A stretch of DNA of 64,000 nt, taken from assembly GCA_028534125.1 (NCBI GenBank), contig CM052818.1, positions 48,796,001 to 48,860,000 of the forward strand, in the 5' to 3' direction. The DNA is from Lama glama (Eukaryota). The stretch's first letter is position 1, and each line of letters begins with the position of its first letter. Made by a program: the position numbers and the translations under genes. The notes under the pieces are model-generated. The model saw only the letters and a program-made list of their open reading frames with translations, ran no database searches and was not told the origin of the DNA. This document shows, piece after piece, positions 24,899 to 39,350 of the stretch.

Positions 24899-27800
24899 AG
24901 CCCAAGCCGCGCCCTCTAGCTGAAGAGCATGTGCACGGTCATTTACAGATGTGTACGAACTTCCCCATCTTCACCTGGAAATGTCATGAAAGAATATTGA
25001 TTCTGAAGCCATGCCCGCCTCAGGCATGACACCAGATCTGGAGGAGTGTTGAGACAGACGGTGAATGAGGGCACCAGCTCTAGACGTAACACCAGGCAAC
25101 CCGGCTTGAGCCGTCGTCACTCTGTGATTTACTGGCTGCTTGGCCTTGAGGAAACCAGGTGTCTTCTCTAAATCCGAGGGAACAAGGCAGAACCACCGTG
25201 AGGGCCAGGTGAGAAAGTGCATCGGGACGAGTCACGGAAGGAAGCATCTGTGCTTCAGCAGGTGGACGGCTCTTACTCAGTCGCCGAGTCCCGGCTGGGG
25301 ATCCAGGGCTGCCGCTCCCCGACTTTGGTCCTTAGCCGTTTGACAAAAGTTGTTGCCACTCAGCTTTGTGGGTGTGTTTTACAAGCAGCATATAATTAGA
25401 TGGCAGGGGTGAAGATTGGCTCAATTATCTATAGATAAATGTATTCTAAGCTCCATTATTATTTTCTTTGAGTGCTTTTATTGTACGGTGTATTTTTTTA
25501 AAGCCGTTTTTCACTCACTTACTTTGTGTTTGTATCTATCTTATAAGGATGTTGATAAATGAGTATCATCGTGAGGTATACCTCTGAAGCTGCATTTTCT
25601 GTTTCGTGGCATCTCTGCCTTCTTACACCCATTTCCTCTTCCTTTTCTTTTTATTTTTTGTCATTTCATTATAAAGTCTTAAAAGTTCTTTTAAACACCT
25701 ACCATTAACTTCTTGGACTCCACCAAAGAAGACAAGATTTTTGACAATAAATATAAAATAAAAATACGGCCTTGCTGCGTAAAAAGAGAAACATGCCTGG
25801 GACAGAAGTGGTTTCCATGATCGGCGACCCCCCTGAGCTGGAGGAGGACCAAGCCCCTCGGTCCCCCGGACCGGCTGCACCCGTGAAATGACGTGTGGGG
25901 GCCTTTGTCAAAACACACTTAATGAAGACTTTGTACTTTAAAACCTATCCTTGTAACAGATGCTCACAAAGAGACGAAAATTTTGTTCAGTTTGTACTTG
26001 CCCTCAGACAAGGAAATTGCCAGGCAATGGGAACCAGATTATGAGGCAGAAAATCACCTAACTGCTCAGATTGTTTAATAGGAAGACTCAGTCAATAACA
26101 GGCTGAAATACTTATTTTCGATTCAACTTTTAGAAGTGACACCAACACCTGCTTTCTGCTAACACCAAGTGACCCCTGAGCTCTCCTGCATATTTTTCAT
26201 TATAGTGTATGTGTTTATGATTTTGTTCTTTAGGATATTATGACATTTTTGCTTCTCAATTAACCCTTTTTATGCACATTATAAACTTAACAAAAATGGA
26301 ATCATTTCAAGAATTGTTACAGAGAAAAATAAAAACTAGCTGACCATTGTGGCCCAGTTTCTGATGCCCAGAGGGCACAGACTGGAACAGCACCCTCCCT
26401 CCACAGCAGGGTCTTCATGGCGCTTCCGTGACAGCCCCTCCTCGGCTCCATGGGTGCCCAGAGACTGTGGGCTGAGTAACTGAGCTCTTACTACCGCATT
26501 GCCACCGCGGGCTTTCCGTGGGAAAGGATGGTGCTCCTTTGGCAAAGGCAGCGGGCACAAATTGCTTGCTTGGGACTAAGCTGCGTAAACACTGTGATTT
26601 CTGCTGTAGGCAGCTCCTGTGAGGTTCACGTGTGAGATCCCTGGGGAAGTTCTCTCAGGACGAGTAACGCAGATCTATACACTCACTTGTGGGGGCCAAA
26701 CGGTGTCAAGAAATGTGTGTAGCGTAAACAAAGAGTATCTTCCATCGCATGCTCTTCAGGGAAGAGGATCTTCTGACAGGACCTGGGGCTGACCAGCTTG
26801 GTAACGTGGCTCTCTTCCTTCAGTCTCCCGGTCCGTGATAACCACTTCTCAGAGGGAGGTCGTGAGGACAAATCGGATAAAAAAAAAGCTGATGACACGC
26901 TTTGAGAGGTGCTAGGTTAGCATGAGGTATGGTCGTTAATTTTGTAGGCTGCTATTAATAACTCATAAGGAAAACCCACATTTACCTCTGCACCAATTCA
27001 CTGCCCCGTGACCTGACAGCAACTGTGTGTTGCAATAAAATTATTGTTATGTCCACGATCCATCCCCAGCAGAACTGTTTGCAGAACACCACATGTTGTC
27101 GGGGATTTCAGTGACTAGAAAACCATTAATCTGGCGTCTGGTAGACCTGGTTGACCAGCGCCCTTTAATTACATGGGTAAACTGGAGGCACCACATTTTG
27201 AATCCCAGGAGTATATGCGCTTTATGTTAATACTAGAGGTCCGTTGTGCAGATTTTCACCAGCCAAATGAAAAAGAGGCAATATTTCACTTGGATTCCCC
27301 TCCTTATTCACAGCCTTTGGGTAGGATGCCATCAGCTGCAGTTCTGAGAATGATGCTCTTAGACTCAGATGTACAACCAACGTGGAGACGAGACCAGTGA
27401 GGCAGCGGGACGGTGCGCCGCACGCGGGGAAGTCACTGCTGCTCTGTCACCTGCGGGTCTCTACAGCGCCGAGGTGGCTGGAAGTGGAAGGGAACTTAGA
27501 GGTCATCTTGGTCAGCACTATCTTTTTTCCAGTTTTAAAACTCTTCAGACTTACTGGGTGAAACATTCACGTAAAAGCTTCTGAAATAAGATCTTAGCAG
27601 GCGCTGCTGCACGACCCGGGAAGCACCCCGTCGCCCCTCATCTTCTGCCCTTCATGCAGGCTGTGCCGGCTGCCCGCTCCCCAGGCCCCCCTCCTGCTGG
27701 GAAGCACACCCACAGCCACAGTCCTGGGGCCTCCTGGCTCCTCACGCCCTCTGTCCGGAGACGTCTTCCATGTCGGCCCCAAGCCGTCCTTTCCAGTCTC

Positions 27801-30019
27801 GCTCCCCGGCTCCTCCGGTTCCCTGATCACACTCAACCCATTGCTAATAACTAACTACCAGGGGGAAGGTGTTCTCTATGTTTCTGCACTTTTGTTCCTG
27901 TCCTTCTCTTTAGCCTGGAGCTCCCCACCCGCTCCTCTTCAGCTGGCCCCGTGGCTCCTCCTGTGTCCTTCCTCGACGCTGAATGTAATTCTAGCCCTTT
28001 GCTATTTCCCCTCTGCAGCTTACGTTTATGGCAGCACTTAGATGCTCCAACTTCTAGCTGCCCTTTACATTCTGTTTCCGCAGGCTCACTGTGGATTCCT
28101 GCAGGCTGAGCCCCCGTGCCCCCCCATCGCCTCACGTGGGAGCTGAGCCCTGGTTGACCTTGGATGTGGAGCGGGTCAGGGGACCACCTGAAAGACTTAT
28201 TCTGGTCCTCAGTTACCACATGCTTTACGTGGCTGTGACCAACAGAAAGAAGCCATTTCAGATGAAGACCGTGAGTCTGATGCATTAGACTAGTCCATGG
28301 GCTGGGGCCGAAGTGGATTGCTAAGTCTCTTCACAGACTGCAGACATTTCCAGAACCACAGGACACCCGAGTGGGCGAGTTCTCTTCCCTTGTACACTTC
28401 CGTTCTCTGCCTGCTTCCGGGAAATGCTGAGTTCTGTTGTTCTGCTGAGTCCTCTGCAGACGCTGGCTTCATGTTTGTATCAGATGCTGTGAGGAGCGGG
28501 GACCATGGCAAATAGGAGAAGTGTCCTGAGGTCAGCTTTCTCATAGCAGTGCTGTGGGAAGACGCTGTGGAGAAGAGAGGGGGCAGAGGCCCGGGGAGAA
28601 ATGGCAGAGCCATGTTGTGGAAACGTTTTCGATTACGGATTGTGGTGCTGTAAAACGTCACACCCTTCAGTCACTTTTTATCCACCTGCTATTATCCACC
28701 GGATGCTTGTGCACGCTGCGTATCGTGATGGGCGCTAAGCGTTCCTCGGAGATCTGATTACAGACCCCACCCTCACTGACTGAGCACAGAAAGCAGACCA
28801 GGGCTCCGGTAGAGAGCTTGCCAGATCCAGGGGATACGTCAGCAGGAAGACGCAGGTGATCTGGTGCCTGAACTGGTGTCAGATGTCACGTGACTGTGAA
28901 TTTAAGTGTAGTCTGACATGAAGGCATCTCCACATAGGGTCCTGTACTTCATTGTTTTTAATGTGCCGACCCTCAAAACATATTCGTATGACTTACAAGT
29001 CAACGGAGGGGGGTTTGAAGAATTTTGTTTTTCATTTCAAGATGAGAAGATGGTGTTTACCTCAAATATAAGAATGATGGTGGAGTATGAGATATACGAG
29101 TTTTACTGTCTGGTGCCAAGATGTAGAAGTTGAGTTGATTAACAAAAAGTTGGGGAGAAAGATTCCAGGTGACTATGAAAACAAGCACGACTTTCCTTGA
29201 GAAATGGTAAGTCATTCACCATTAGAAATTTTCAAGTACAAGTTAGAGGGTCAGTTCTGGACACTTTAAAACAATAGGTCCAAGTGTTTGATGTGTGACC
29301 AGTGCAGATAACCTTCTGGAGTCCGTTTCAGATCAAAAGTTCCATGAGTCAAATGTTCCTCAAGACACTAGTTACTTTTCAGCATTGGGGAAAACTACAT
29401 CCAGTACAGGTTTAGGTGGTAGCTTTACTGTTTGGTAGCCGTTTGAAGATACAGAGCAGATGTGGCCGAGATCTTCTTTCTCCAGCCCATTTCCTTTTCC
29501 TCGCAGATTTACTAAGCTTTCACACAACTAATTGGATCTTGTTGGATATATATTGATCGGCATTTTTAATATTTCCATATTATGGTCTACTAAGAGTATC
29601 ACATACGTTTGTACTTTTTGGTGATTTCAAAAAAATTGAATTAAAAAATCAGATCTCTGGTCAGGGCACGTCTGCATGACTGTCCATCCAATTTTTTAAC
29701 GAGGGCAGTGAAGTGCGTTTTGTTGTTATGAGGGGGAATCACAGGGTTTATCACAGCAGCTGGGTTGAATACCAGGGCCAGGAGTCTTGCCCAAGGCAGC
29801 GTGACCGGTTCCACATCAAAGAGATCACGCTGAATGTCACTCAAACCCTTAAGGGTTGGGGACTGCTCATACCTGTTCTCAGTTGTATCTTTAAAGAAAT
29901 GGAGACAAGTCCGAAGCAACACTAGTCCTCGGATTGCTGCCCCTACCTCTGCATCTGATTACCACAGAATGAGCCAAAGAGAGAGGTGCAACTGTAAATA
30001 TCCATCATGAGAATGTATC

Positions 30020-30370
30020 AATTATACGTGGAATTGAAAGAAATAATACAAATGAACTTATTTACAAACTGGAAATAGACTCACAGACATAGAAAACAAA
30101 CAAGGATGACCAAAGGGGAAAAGGGGTTGGGGATAGGAATAATTAGGAGTTAGGGACGAGCAGGTACAAACTACTATGTATAGAATAGATAAACAGCAAG
30201 GGCCCGCTGTGCAGCACAGGGAACTATGTTCAACCCCTTATAACAACTTGTAAAGGAAATGAACCTGGAAAAGAATCTATGTACACACACATGTGTGTGT
30301 CTAACTGAACCACTTTGCTGGACACCTGAAGCTAACACTGTCAATCAACTGCACTTCAATTAAAAAAAAA
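30020..30370 (+). mobile_element. LINE-1 3'UTR with poly(A)
   Basis: atacaaatgaacttatttacaaa...gactcacagacatagaaaacaaac...cagcacagggaactat...cacttcaattaaaaaaaaa. Confidence 0.92.
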
Positions 30371-30446
30371 GTACCAACCACATTAAAGGTGAGTACTTGT
30401 TTCTTAAAAAAAAAAAAAAAAACTCTGCGATTCTTACTTATTATGC

Positions 30447-30545
30447 GAATCATTTCATGATGTAAGTCAAATCAGGACACCATACGCCTTAAACCTGCAC
30501 AGCGCTGTGTGTCAGGTATATCTCAATAAAACTGGAAGAAAGAAT
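30447..30545 (+). mobile_element. Older L1MA/MB-type 3' terminus
   Basis: atcatttcatgatgtaagtcaaatca...ccttaaac...tgtcaggtatatctcaataaaactggaa. Confidence 0.7.
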
Positions 30546-33500
30546 AAATGTGCATTATGAGAATAAAGTGGAAGTAGTGATGTTCTCAGACTTGCATACC
30601 TACGCAGATTACACACAGGTGGGTATATAGATTGTGTACACACTCGTACGTGCACGCACACTGGGGTGTGTATTTTATGTGAACTTGAATATAACACAAC
30701 CTCTGGAATTGCTGTAGTCGGTGACTTCCCAAATTTTTTAAATATCACAACACGAAAGCGTATCTCACAGAAAGCAGCGTGTGAACAGTTCATATCATAG
30801 GTATAAAAATATAATTCACACACAGTTTACAGGTTTTCAGAGCAAATGTGTCCACCTGTGTCTGGTGTTAGTTTTTCTGACTTTTGCAAAGCTAACCAAA
30901 GAAGGGGAAAAGCATCAGAGCATGAAGTGACTAAAAGCAGAATCAGTACGCAGAAGGGAGGTGAGGGAAGGATGAAGGCCTGACCCCAGGGTGTGCGCAG
31001 TGGGTGTTTTCAGCTGATAGACACCTTTTATGTTCTCAGTGCTGAGATCATTAGAATCCCTTCCTAATTTACACACATGAAGAATCTTTGTCTTACTATC
31101 CTACAATTTGTTCAGAGGTTTGACATATTATTATTCATAGATATGTATCATGTGCTCATTTCGTAATCATTTCAGACTTGGAATGATTGCCTAACATCAA
31201 AATGTAGCTTGCTCATGATGAAACTATAGTATGCTTTCAAATTGAAAATTTAGGTTTTGCTTTTTTTTATGAAACCTGATGGAAATTTTGAGGCACAATG
31301 AACATAAGACTAATTCATACTGCGTTATCGCTAATGTCTCTAATTCTAGAAACAGAAAACATGGACTGCCATGAATGCTTTTAAGGAATACCTGAAAAAA
31401 AATGTTGGTTATGATGAAATCTATGTTATTGATGGTTACACTTGTAGTTTAATTAGAAGTGTTTTTTCTCCTTATAATGAGTGTGTATGGCATTGAGAAT
31501 TTTTAATAATAGCCAACAGGATGTTTTGAACCGGTATGTATCAGTGCTGATCAAGACAGCTTCGTGCCCTTAAATCTGCTGGAGCCCAGCCCTTCAAACG
31601 ATCAGGCTTTCAGTCCAAGAGAGGCTTTCACAGCCGCGTCAGACTCACGCCCTGACAGTCTGCAGCAATTGCCTTCGGGTCTAGGTTTCCCAGCTCAGTT
31701 TTTGCTCCTGATTACGGCTGCACTTCGCTGAACATCCAGTCAGAAATGTGATTCTGTCCGGAGAGCCAGTGCCCTCCACGGCAGGAGCTCGTGTGAGCAC
31801 ATGCTGGTGTTCTCCACAGAGTTACTTGTGTTTAAATCAGAGACACAAGCCCCTTCCTTCGGCCCCCGCCCCTCCCCCCCGCCGGCTGGCGGCTGTATTT
31901 CCCTTAGCATCCGTAATGCTAATTGGAGTTACATGTGTGCAGTTGGATCTGAATGTACCTCCAGATGTGACTTTTGTAAGCGAGCTCTTTCAGACGAAAA
32001 CCTCTTCATGTTGTGGATGAAATTGCACCACACAAAGTATCTTCAGTTTAAAAAAAAATTCCAAAGAGCACAGCCATTAGTATGATTAAACACAATGTCA
32101 GAAATCTGAAATTACATCTATATTCTCAATTAGGTCTTCTGATTTTGATTCTAGCTTTTCTCTTATTTTCGACTTTAAAAAAACTGCCAAGATCCTGGGG
32201 ATGTGATCTTAATTTAAAGGATAAATCTCTGTTATTCACTTTAAAACGACATCTAATCCTACTCAGCTTTGTAGAAAATTGAGGCCAGTACTAGAAATTC
32301 TAGAAGGCAAACAATATATACAACGTAATGTCAGCTGCCTAAAAATTAGTTTTATTTGTGCCTCTACTTAACAGTTTAGCTATTTTATAAGATAGCAGAT
32401 TTAATACAAAGGAGAATAATGGATTTTGTGCATATCCCGGAGTGCAGCTGGAGAAGAAAGCACGAGATACAGTGCGAGAGCAATGCAGGATGAAGTGATC
32501 CCTCTTTCTCCGAGGTCTACGCAAAGGCGTACCGTCTCCCTGGTCGTATGGCCGCGTCGGCTTCTGTTTGGCAGGAATTCTCCTACCGCTGAAGTCAACG
32601 CATCTTACACTTCTTCAACGGATTTAAATAAAAGCTGAATCTCAGTAACAAAGAAGACATTTGTATTTTAAAAAATGGATGTACTCCTGTGTTACATGGT
32701 TAAAGAACATATATTTAAGCTACGTTATGCTTTTTTGAAAAATCGTAGTAAATAGCATCACGGAGCAAAGCATCTCACACTTAAAATCCAAAGAGACAGT
32801 GACATGGAGAAGCTTGGGTTATATTCAATCAAAGAGAATGGGGAGGAATCTTCAATGAGCCGTGCTGCGCCCCCTCCAGTAACACTCGGAGCTTAATTCT
32901 CAGCCATTTATGCAGGGCTCATTTATAACCCTCCGCCTGGTTCTACTCCATTGGCAAAGGCAGACACCAAAACAAGTGATTACCATAATTATTTTGGTCC
33001 AAGATGAAATCCTTTTACATAGTACACATCCTATTTCGTATTGGATTTTCAGGAGCTGTATCAATTTGAACAAAATTTCTATTACGAATAATTATAAATA
33101 CCAAAATGAACCCATGGCGGGGCGGGCTGATAACTGAACATATTCTTGTCGCTTTTTGACTCTTTTTCATTTTCTTGTCACCGCCTTAGTTTCCATGTCT
33201 CCACTTTGGGAGAGACAGCAAATAACATGCATAATTTAATTTTGAACATTTTAAAGCCAAGGAGTAGATTTCATTTTCCCCAGAGCATTTTATTAAGAGC
33301 ATATTCTTACACCTAAGAAAAATTCAGTATGAAATACAAAAATGAAACAAATCTGTGTGGTGGTATATTTTATTATCAGGGGCTTATTTTGATCAATCAA
33401 TCACACTGAGACAACAAATCCTTTAGATCCATATTTCAATGCAAATATCGGTGGGGGAGGTTCAGGCTAAGTCTTCAATGTTTAATGAGGTGTCTAGTTC

Positions 33501-33874
33501 ATTCTTCTTAACTGAAATACTTTAAAAAACCACAGTGGTTAAACTTAATAATTTTATTAGATGGTAATAGTTATTTTATGAACATTTTTCTCCAAGGAAT
33601 TTTCTGTCTGATTATGAGTACTTTGCAGTTTCAGACAGTACGATGGATGCTCCCTTCCTATGACAAGAATTTTAACAGCCCTTTTCCTGCACTCAGTGCA
33701 CACCCAATTATGCGTCTGAGCGAGTAACCTTGAATTTATGTTGCCATGGTGACAAACTGGTCATGCATTATGGATTATCATTGAAATTCTACACCCCTAC
33801 CTAGCATAATGAGAGCTGGGGACTTAATCAAATCAGCCATTCTGTGCGACACAAAGTGAAGAACTGGCTTTCAT

Positions 33875-34860
33875 TGTTCCGCGCCGAGAAAGGAAGCGGG
33901 CCTGCCGGGGAGGCAGCTGCGGGGCTGCGGGCTGATAGATGGCTTTTCTATACATCTGTGAATGTATAGCCAGATGGTGCTCAGTGCCTGGAATCCGCAG
34001 CTTAGGCAGCAGCTGTTGGGATAACCTCTGCCGTCTCACCTTGTTGTCACGGGACACTGAACAGAGACTGAGAGCGTGCGCGGATCCATTGACAGCGCGC
34101 CCGGACGCCCCCTGCACGGCACCCTTCTCTCCCCATGAGCCGGCTGGGCGAGGAGGGCTGCCGGGGGGCGGGCGGGGGGTGGAGAGGGGTGTGGGGACCC
34201 CGGGGGAGGGGAGGGGAGGGGAGGGTGGCCCGGGGGGCCGGCTTCGCTTCAGAAAGCCGGAGCCTGCTGTCGGAGCATCTCCCATCTCCATTTTACAAGA
34301 AGAAAGACAGAAAGCACGATTAGGGTGGTGACTTCGCTTTGGAGACACCAGCGTGCTGCTTCTGCGAAGCCCAGAAGCCCTGGGCACGACCACCCCGTCT
34401 CTGTAGGCGCATCAGGCTTCCTCTTCCAACAAGCAACAGGCACCTTGCGGCTGAGCCCTCTGCCTGTCACAGCGACGCCGTCCTGGTCTTTGATGTCAGA
34501 GCCTCTGACCAGAGAGATCACTGACGTGGCGGGGTTCTCTCTCGTCAGACAACGCGGCGAGTCGCAGCTAGTGAGGAGCCTCATGACCCTCCCTGCTTTG
34601 GAGCGGTTTTCGCCATGATGGGCTCGCCAAGGGGCAGAGACTGTGCTAAGGCAGTGGCTTGGAAGGGCCCGCTTCTGACGCTGCCTCAGTCTCAGGGTCC
34701 CTGGGAGTGTTCCTCAGCCGCAGGGTGGAGGCTCGGGGCTGGGGTACCGCACAGCCCCCTGCTGTCACCCAGCGCCCCCCGGGCTGGCCGGCCGGGCTGC
34801 CATGCGCTTCAGTGACCCCACGAGGCCCGCGCCGTTACAGGGTTACCATCCCGTGGCAAA
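33875..34860. promoter_or_regulatory. CpG-island-like region with G-tract cluster
   Basis: High GC/CpG over about 1 kb; ten or more G-runs at 34145-34240. Confidence 0.5.
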
Positions 34861-37800
34861 CATTCTGCCCGTTTCTTTCATCTGAAATGCCCTGTTTGCT
34901 AGGTTTTGTTCATCCTTCTCATTGTTTGTCTCCTGCCTTCCCTGCTTCAACCTTTAAAACCGCCTCGGCCGTTTGACTGGGAAGACTTGCTCGTGTTTGC
35001 CGGAGGAAGGCCTTTCCTAAATATTTCATCAGGCTTTGGGTGTCTCGCCTTATCTAGCAGAACTGCATGACCGCAGGATAAGCGAGATTGTCTTATCAGT
35101 GAAACACGCGTGGACCCCATAGATCATAACGGCTTCAAGAACGCCGTCGCATTTTCTCACGTTAACGCGGAACAGACCACGAGGTACTTCCGTGAGGTCC
35201 AGAAGGCTCCAAAGTCAGCGCCGTCCACACCTGTGACATTTAAAACCAGCCTGCCTGGGTTCTGTTCTGACATTTGGGGAATTAGATGCATGGAAAAAGG
35301 TTGTTTTTTTTTTTTTTAGTTGACAGATACCTCTTGGTTATTTTCTAAGTGCTATTATAGGCCATTTGTCTATAAATGGATAGAAAGACTTCATGTAGGT
35401 TTGTATTTAAGCATATGAAAACTGCCAGTAAGACACTGACAGTGCATTAAAACTAAAGGCTAATACTGCTACGAAAATTAAATACCCAAATGGAAAATAT
35501 GAGCAAGGAAATCTGCAGCCACCTAAATATATTCCTAAGCACCTGTTTTATGTGAACGTGTTTTGTATCCGGTGGGGAGTTCTTTGCTTAAAATGGATGG
35601 AAAGCGACAGTCATTTGAAGTCTGCATCTTTGTGCTCATGCGTAAGGAACAGCTTTGAACTGTTACCATCAAAGATATTTTGCTTAATTTTTCATTTTTC
35701 TGTGAAATAGCACTTAAGGAGTTTTGGGGTTTTTTTCCATGAAAGTGTGACAAATAAGCTCATTGAGAACACCCATCTGAACAGTGCTGCAAGCTCTAAA
35801 CATATATTTTAAATTTTCGACAAAATGAAGAAAAAAGGTGTATTTTTAAATTAATTCTTCAAACCTATTCATGTACACTATACAGCTGTATGTTAGATTA
35901 AAAATGTTCATATTAAAGGTAACATTGTCTATTTTCTCTAAAACTAATCATGAAAGCAGAAATTTAGGCATTGAAAAGCTTTCTAAACAAAAATGTTATC
36001 CGTATGTTGCAAAAAAAATTGGCTTACTTTTAAAAGCTTTTTTGCAAAGTATCAAATATATATTACTATATAAAGAAATAAGTTAAGCTTCTACTGAATA
36101 TAAAAGTAATTTAAAATTTCTAGTGAAGCCATGATTATTGACTAAGTCTTAGCACTGTCCCAACACTTAAAATCAAAAGCACATTGTCGGTTGCAAAGGT
36201 TCATCCACGGAAGTTTGATAACCATTAGCTCCAAAGAGCCCCTTCTCTAGCCTAGTGTTGCCTGACTAGCTCCCATTCTTCAGCCAATTCTTCATGGTCT
36301 AATAAAAATTATCTAACTAATTTTTTTAGTTTATTTTAAGTAATTCTCAAATGAGTTATCATGAAAAAATATTTGCAATGAACAGACCTGCAGATAAAAA
36401 ATGTTTTTTACTTACTTCTCTGAGTTAATTTTTAATGATTTCACCTTCTCGTGTACATTGGACTTCTTTGACCATCTCTCCTGTTAAATAGATTAACAGA
36501 GCTCAAGTATGTGTAACAGTACACATTTACATTTATTTCTTTCTATTTATTAAATGCATTAAAAATGCATGCATATTGAGAATGACATGGTGAGAAGAGA
36601 AATAACTTCCCAAAGAGAATAACTGAAAACGTGTCTTCCTGTCCTTAGGTGGCAGGACTGAGGGTGGGGCTGGGGAACGTGGAAGTGGCATTCCAGGTTA
36701 CGCTTGGTGTCTCACTCTGTGGCGGTTAAATCGGGGAACGAAATGCACTCAAGATGACAGCACACGCCCCCTGTTCCCAGCGCTCCACGACTCCCAAACT
36801 TTTCTCCAACATAACCCACTCAGGGAGAGACACTCAACAGCTAACCGCTCCTTCTAACTGGTCCGTGTGTCAGAGAAGTTACCAGTACGCCGCCTGTCAA
36901 TGCTGATGACTGTGGGACATTGAAGAACCATGATCCTGGCTGTTCAGAGTTAAAGACATTATTATCGTGACGTTTCCTTGACCGCACGCCCCCTGTATCG
37001 TTCATGCAGGCTTTGGAACAGTGGCCTATGCACCCAGGTAATTATATGCTATGTCTGTCAGCAATGAGGCAATAGAGTCTCATAGTCATGCTAGTTTCAG
37101 GGCGAGCTTTTACTGGTCCTTCGTGAGACATCAGAGTGACCACCACTGGCTTACACCTTGGCTGCCATACTGAAGACAAAGTCAACCCAGCCGTCCCGTC
37201 CAGCCCGAGTGTCTCTCTCCTTTAGAGCTCCTCAGGTGCTAGCGCCAGCTTGAGGAAGGGCGGGAGCTGCTTCTCTGCTGGGCGGCCGCTTAGAAGGGCA
37301 GTCAGCACGGTACAGAATCAGTCCGGTAAGGACGCCAGACGGCGCTGGCTGAAGCGGTCCACGGCTTCACTCGGTCACAGTCACACCAGCCTGGCTCTTC
37401 TGTTTCCTCCTTTTGTCCTGCTGGACTGTGACCTGGGGACTCTCTCCAGAACAACCCATCCCAGTCCCTTGCAGGCATGAAGAGGCAACTTGTAATGCTC
37501 CACAGAAGCACCTCCACCTGCACACACCTGGGAGCTGCAGGCTTGGCTGAGGTTGTGAAATGCTCACTGAGGCCGGGAGGCTGGGAGGCTGGGAAGTGAT
37601 TGTCCCTTCTGCTCTGATTTCCCCGCTCTTCCTTAACTTGTATAATACGCTCCTTTGGCCACGAGCTGGCCTGGCAGAGCTGACAACACACGTGGTCCTG
37701 GACGCTCAGGGGGCAGCAGCGGCTGATCATCGTGACGAGGCCACGCTCCCCAGGAAGACGCCAGACACGGCGGAAGTCTTGTCCTGCTGTCATCCCCTCG

Positions 37801-39199
37801 GATCCTTCTGCCCTCCTTCCTCACGCAGCCTGTGTTGGCGGGTAGAACGTGGAGACAGCATGGTTTAAAGCACTTGTTTTCAAATATTTTTAAGCACCAG
37901 AGCACTTTTTCAAGTAAGATTCTAAGACGTTCAGTCTACAGAACAGATTGCAGAAAAGCAGTACTGGTTGGAGTGGGGTGGTGGCTCCGTCCCCCTCCAG
38001 GTCGCCCCCCTCCCCTGCCAGGCCCTGCTCTCACAGCTTCCCCAGCTCCTGGAGCAGTAAGTGCAATCTTTAAAATTCAGGAGCACGATGTGAAAAATCA
38101 CCGGCTGAGCAGAAAGTGTAAGGGACTTGGAGTCACAGGACGTCAAAGTGTGAGGAGACTCACCGGCTCCGGTGGGATCTTGGACTGTTCTCCGTGCACC
38201 TGGTTCCCGTATCAGCAACGAGGGGAGCGACGCCCCTCTGAGAAGCACTTACAGAGCAGAAGAAACCCAGCGCGTCTCAGGACACGCACGGGGCGTGGCT
38301 GCCGGGACGAAGCAGCCAGTCGGCTTCGCCTGACTCCCAGGAGTCCGCTTCGGAAAAGTGGGTGTCCTGTCATACTCTGAAAGTCAGAGTTACTCTAGGA
38401 AATCTTAGAAACATAAAATATGAAAAAAAACAGCTATTCAGGAAACACAACCTTCAGGATATTCTTATGATTTCCACTTATACCTCACACACCAGGTGAA
38501 ACAGCTGGAAGTTAAATAAAAGACATACTTGAAATTTTCTAACTCCATTATTTTATGTCAAAATAGAGGTGAACCGTAAGATACGTTTTTATTCACTAGT
38601 TTATGAATCTCATTTGGTCCAGTGCAATCAGCTTGACTGAAAAGTATTGTCAGCCAGACAACATATAAACTGTAGGGTCAACTGAAATAGGAAATCCATC
38701 TCTTGGGTACATTTCATGTTCATGCTCCCTAACGTTACCTTTAGGCTCTTGTTCCTGGACAAGACTTGAAGTGTCGTTTGATTCGCTTATTGCCTGAATT
38801 GAACTCGGGTACTTCAACTTTACCAACGTATTGAAAGGTAAGTGAGTGCTTATTAATGTATATGATTTTAAATTCCAGTGAATATGATGATCATTCTAAC
38901 AGAAAGCCATTCTAATTATTTAGAAACAGACCACAGAAAAATGGCAACCAGTTGTTGGAAACTGTAAGGACTGCACAAGGGACACTGCAGGTGTTTTTAG
39001 AGGTTTTCTATGACAGTGCAGCCTTCGTCATTGCAGGATCACCGAAACAGGACCGAGCTAGCCACAGGAAGGAGGAGCAGACGTCACGTGCTAAGCCGAC
39101 GTCATCTCACTTCTGTCTTGCAGAGAAAACGATCGAGATTTAATTAATACACTATCTTAAACGTGAAAAATAAGTATGTTTATTTGCAATAATAGTACA

Positions 39200-39350
39200 T
39201 GATTTGCATCTACTAAGTACGTACTGTGTGTCGAGCGCCTTGGTTATCTCCTTCAAGTCACACTACAGATACATTTTATTCATCCAACTTCATTCACAGA
39301 TGAAGTCGCTGAGGCTCAGAGAAGAAAAAATAATTCACTTAAGTTCAAAT
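39200..39350 (-). mobile_element. MIR fragment
   Basis: catctactaagtacgtactgtgtg...ttcacagatgaagtcgctgaggctcagagaag is the MIR core in antisense. Confidence 0.7.
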
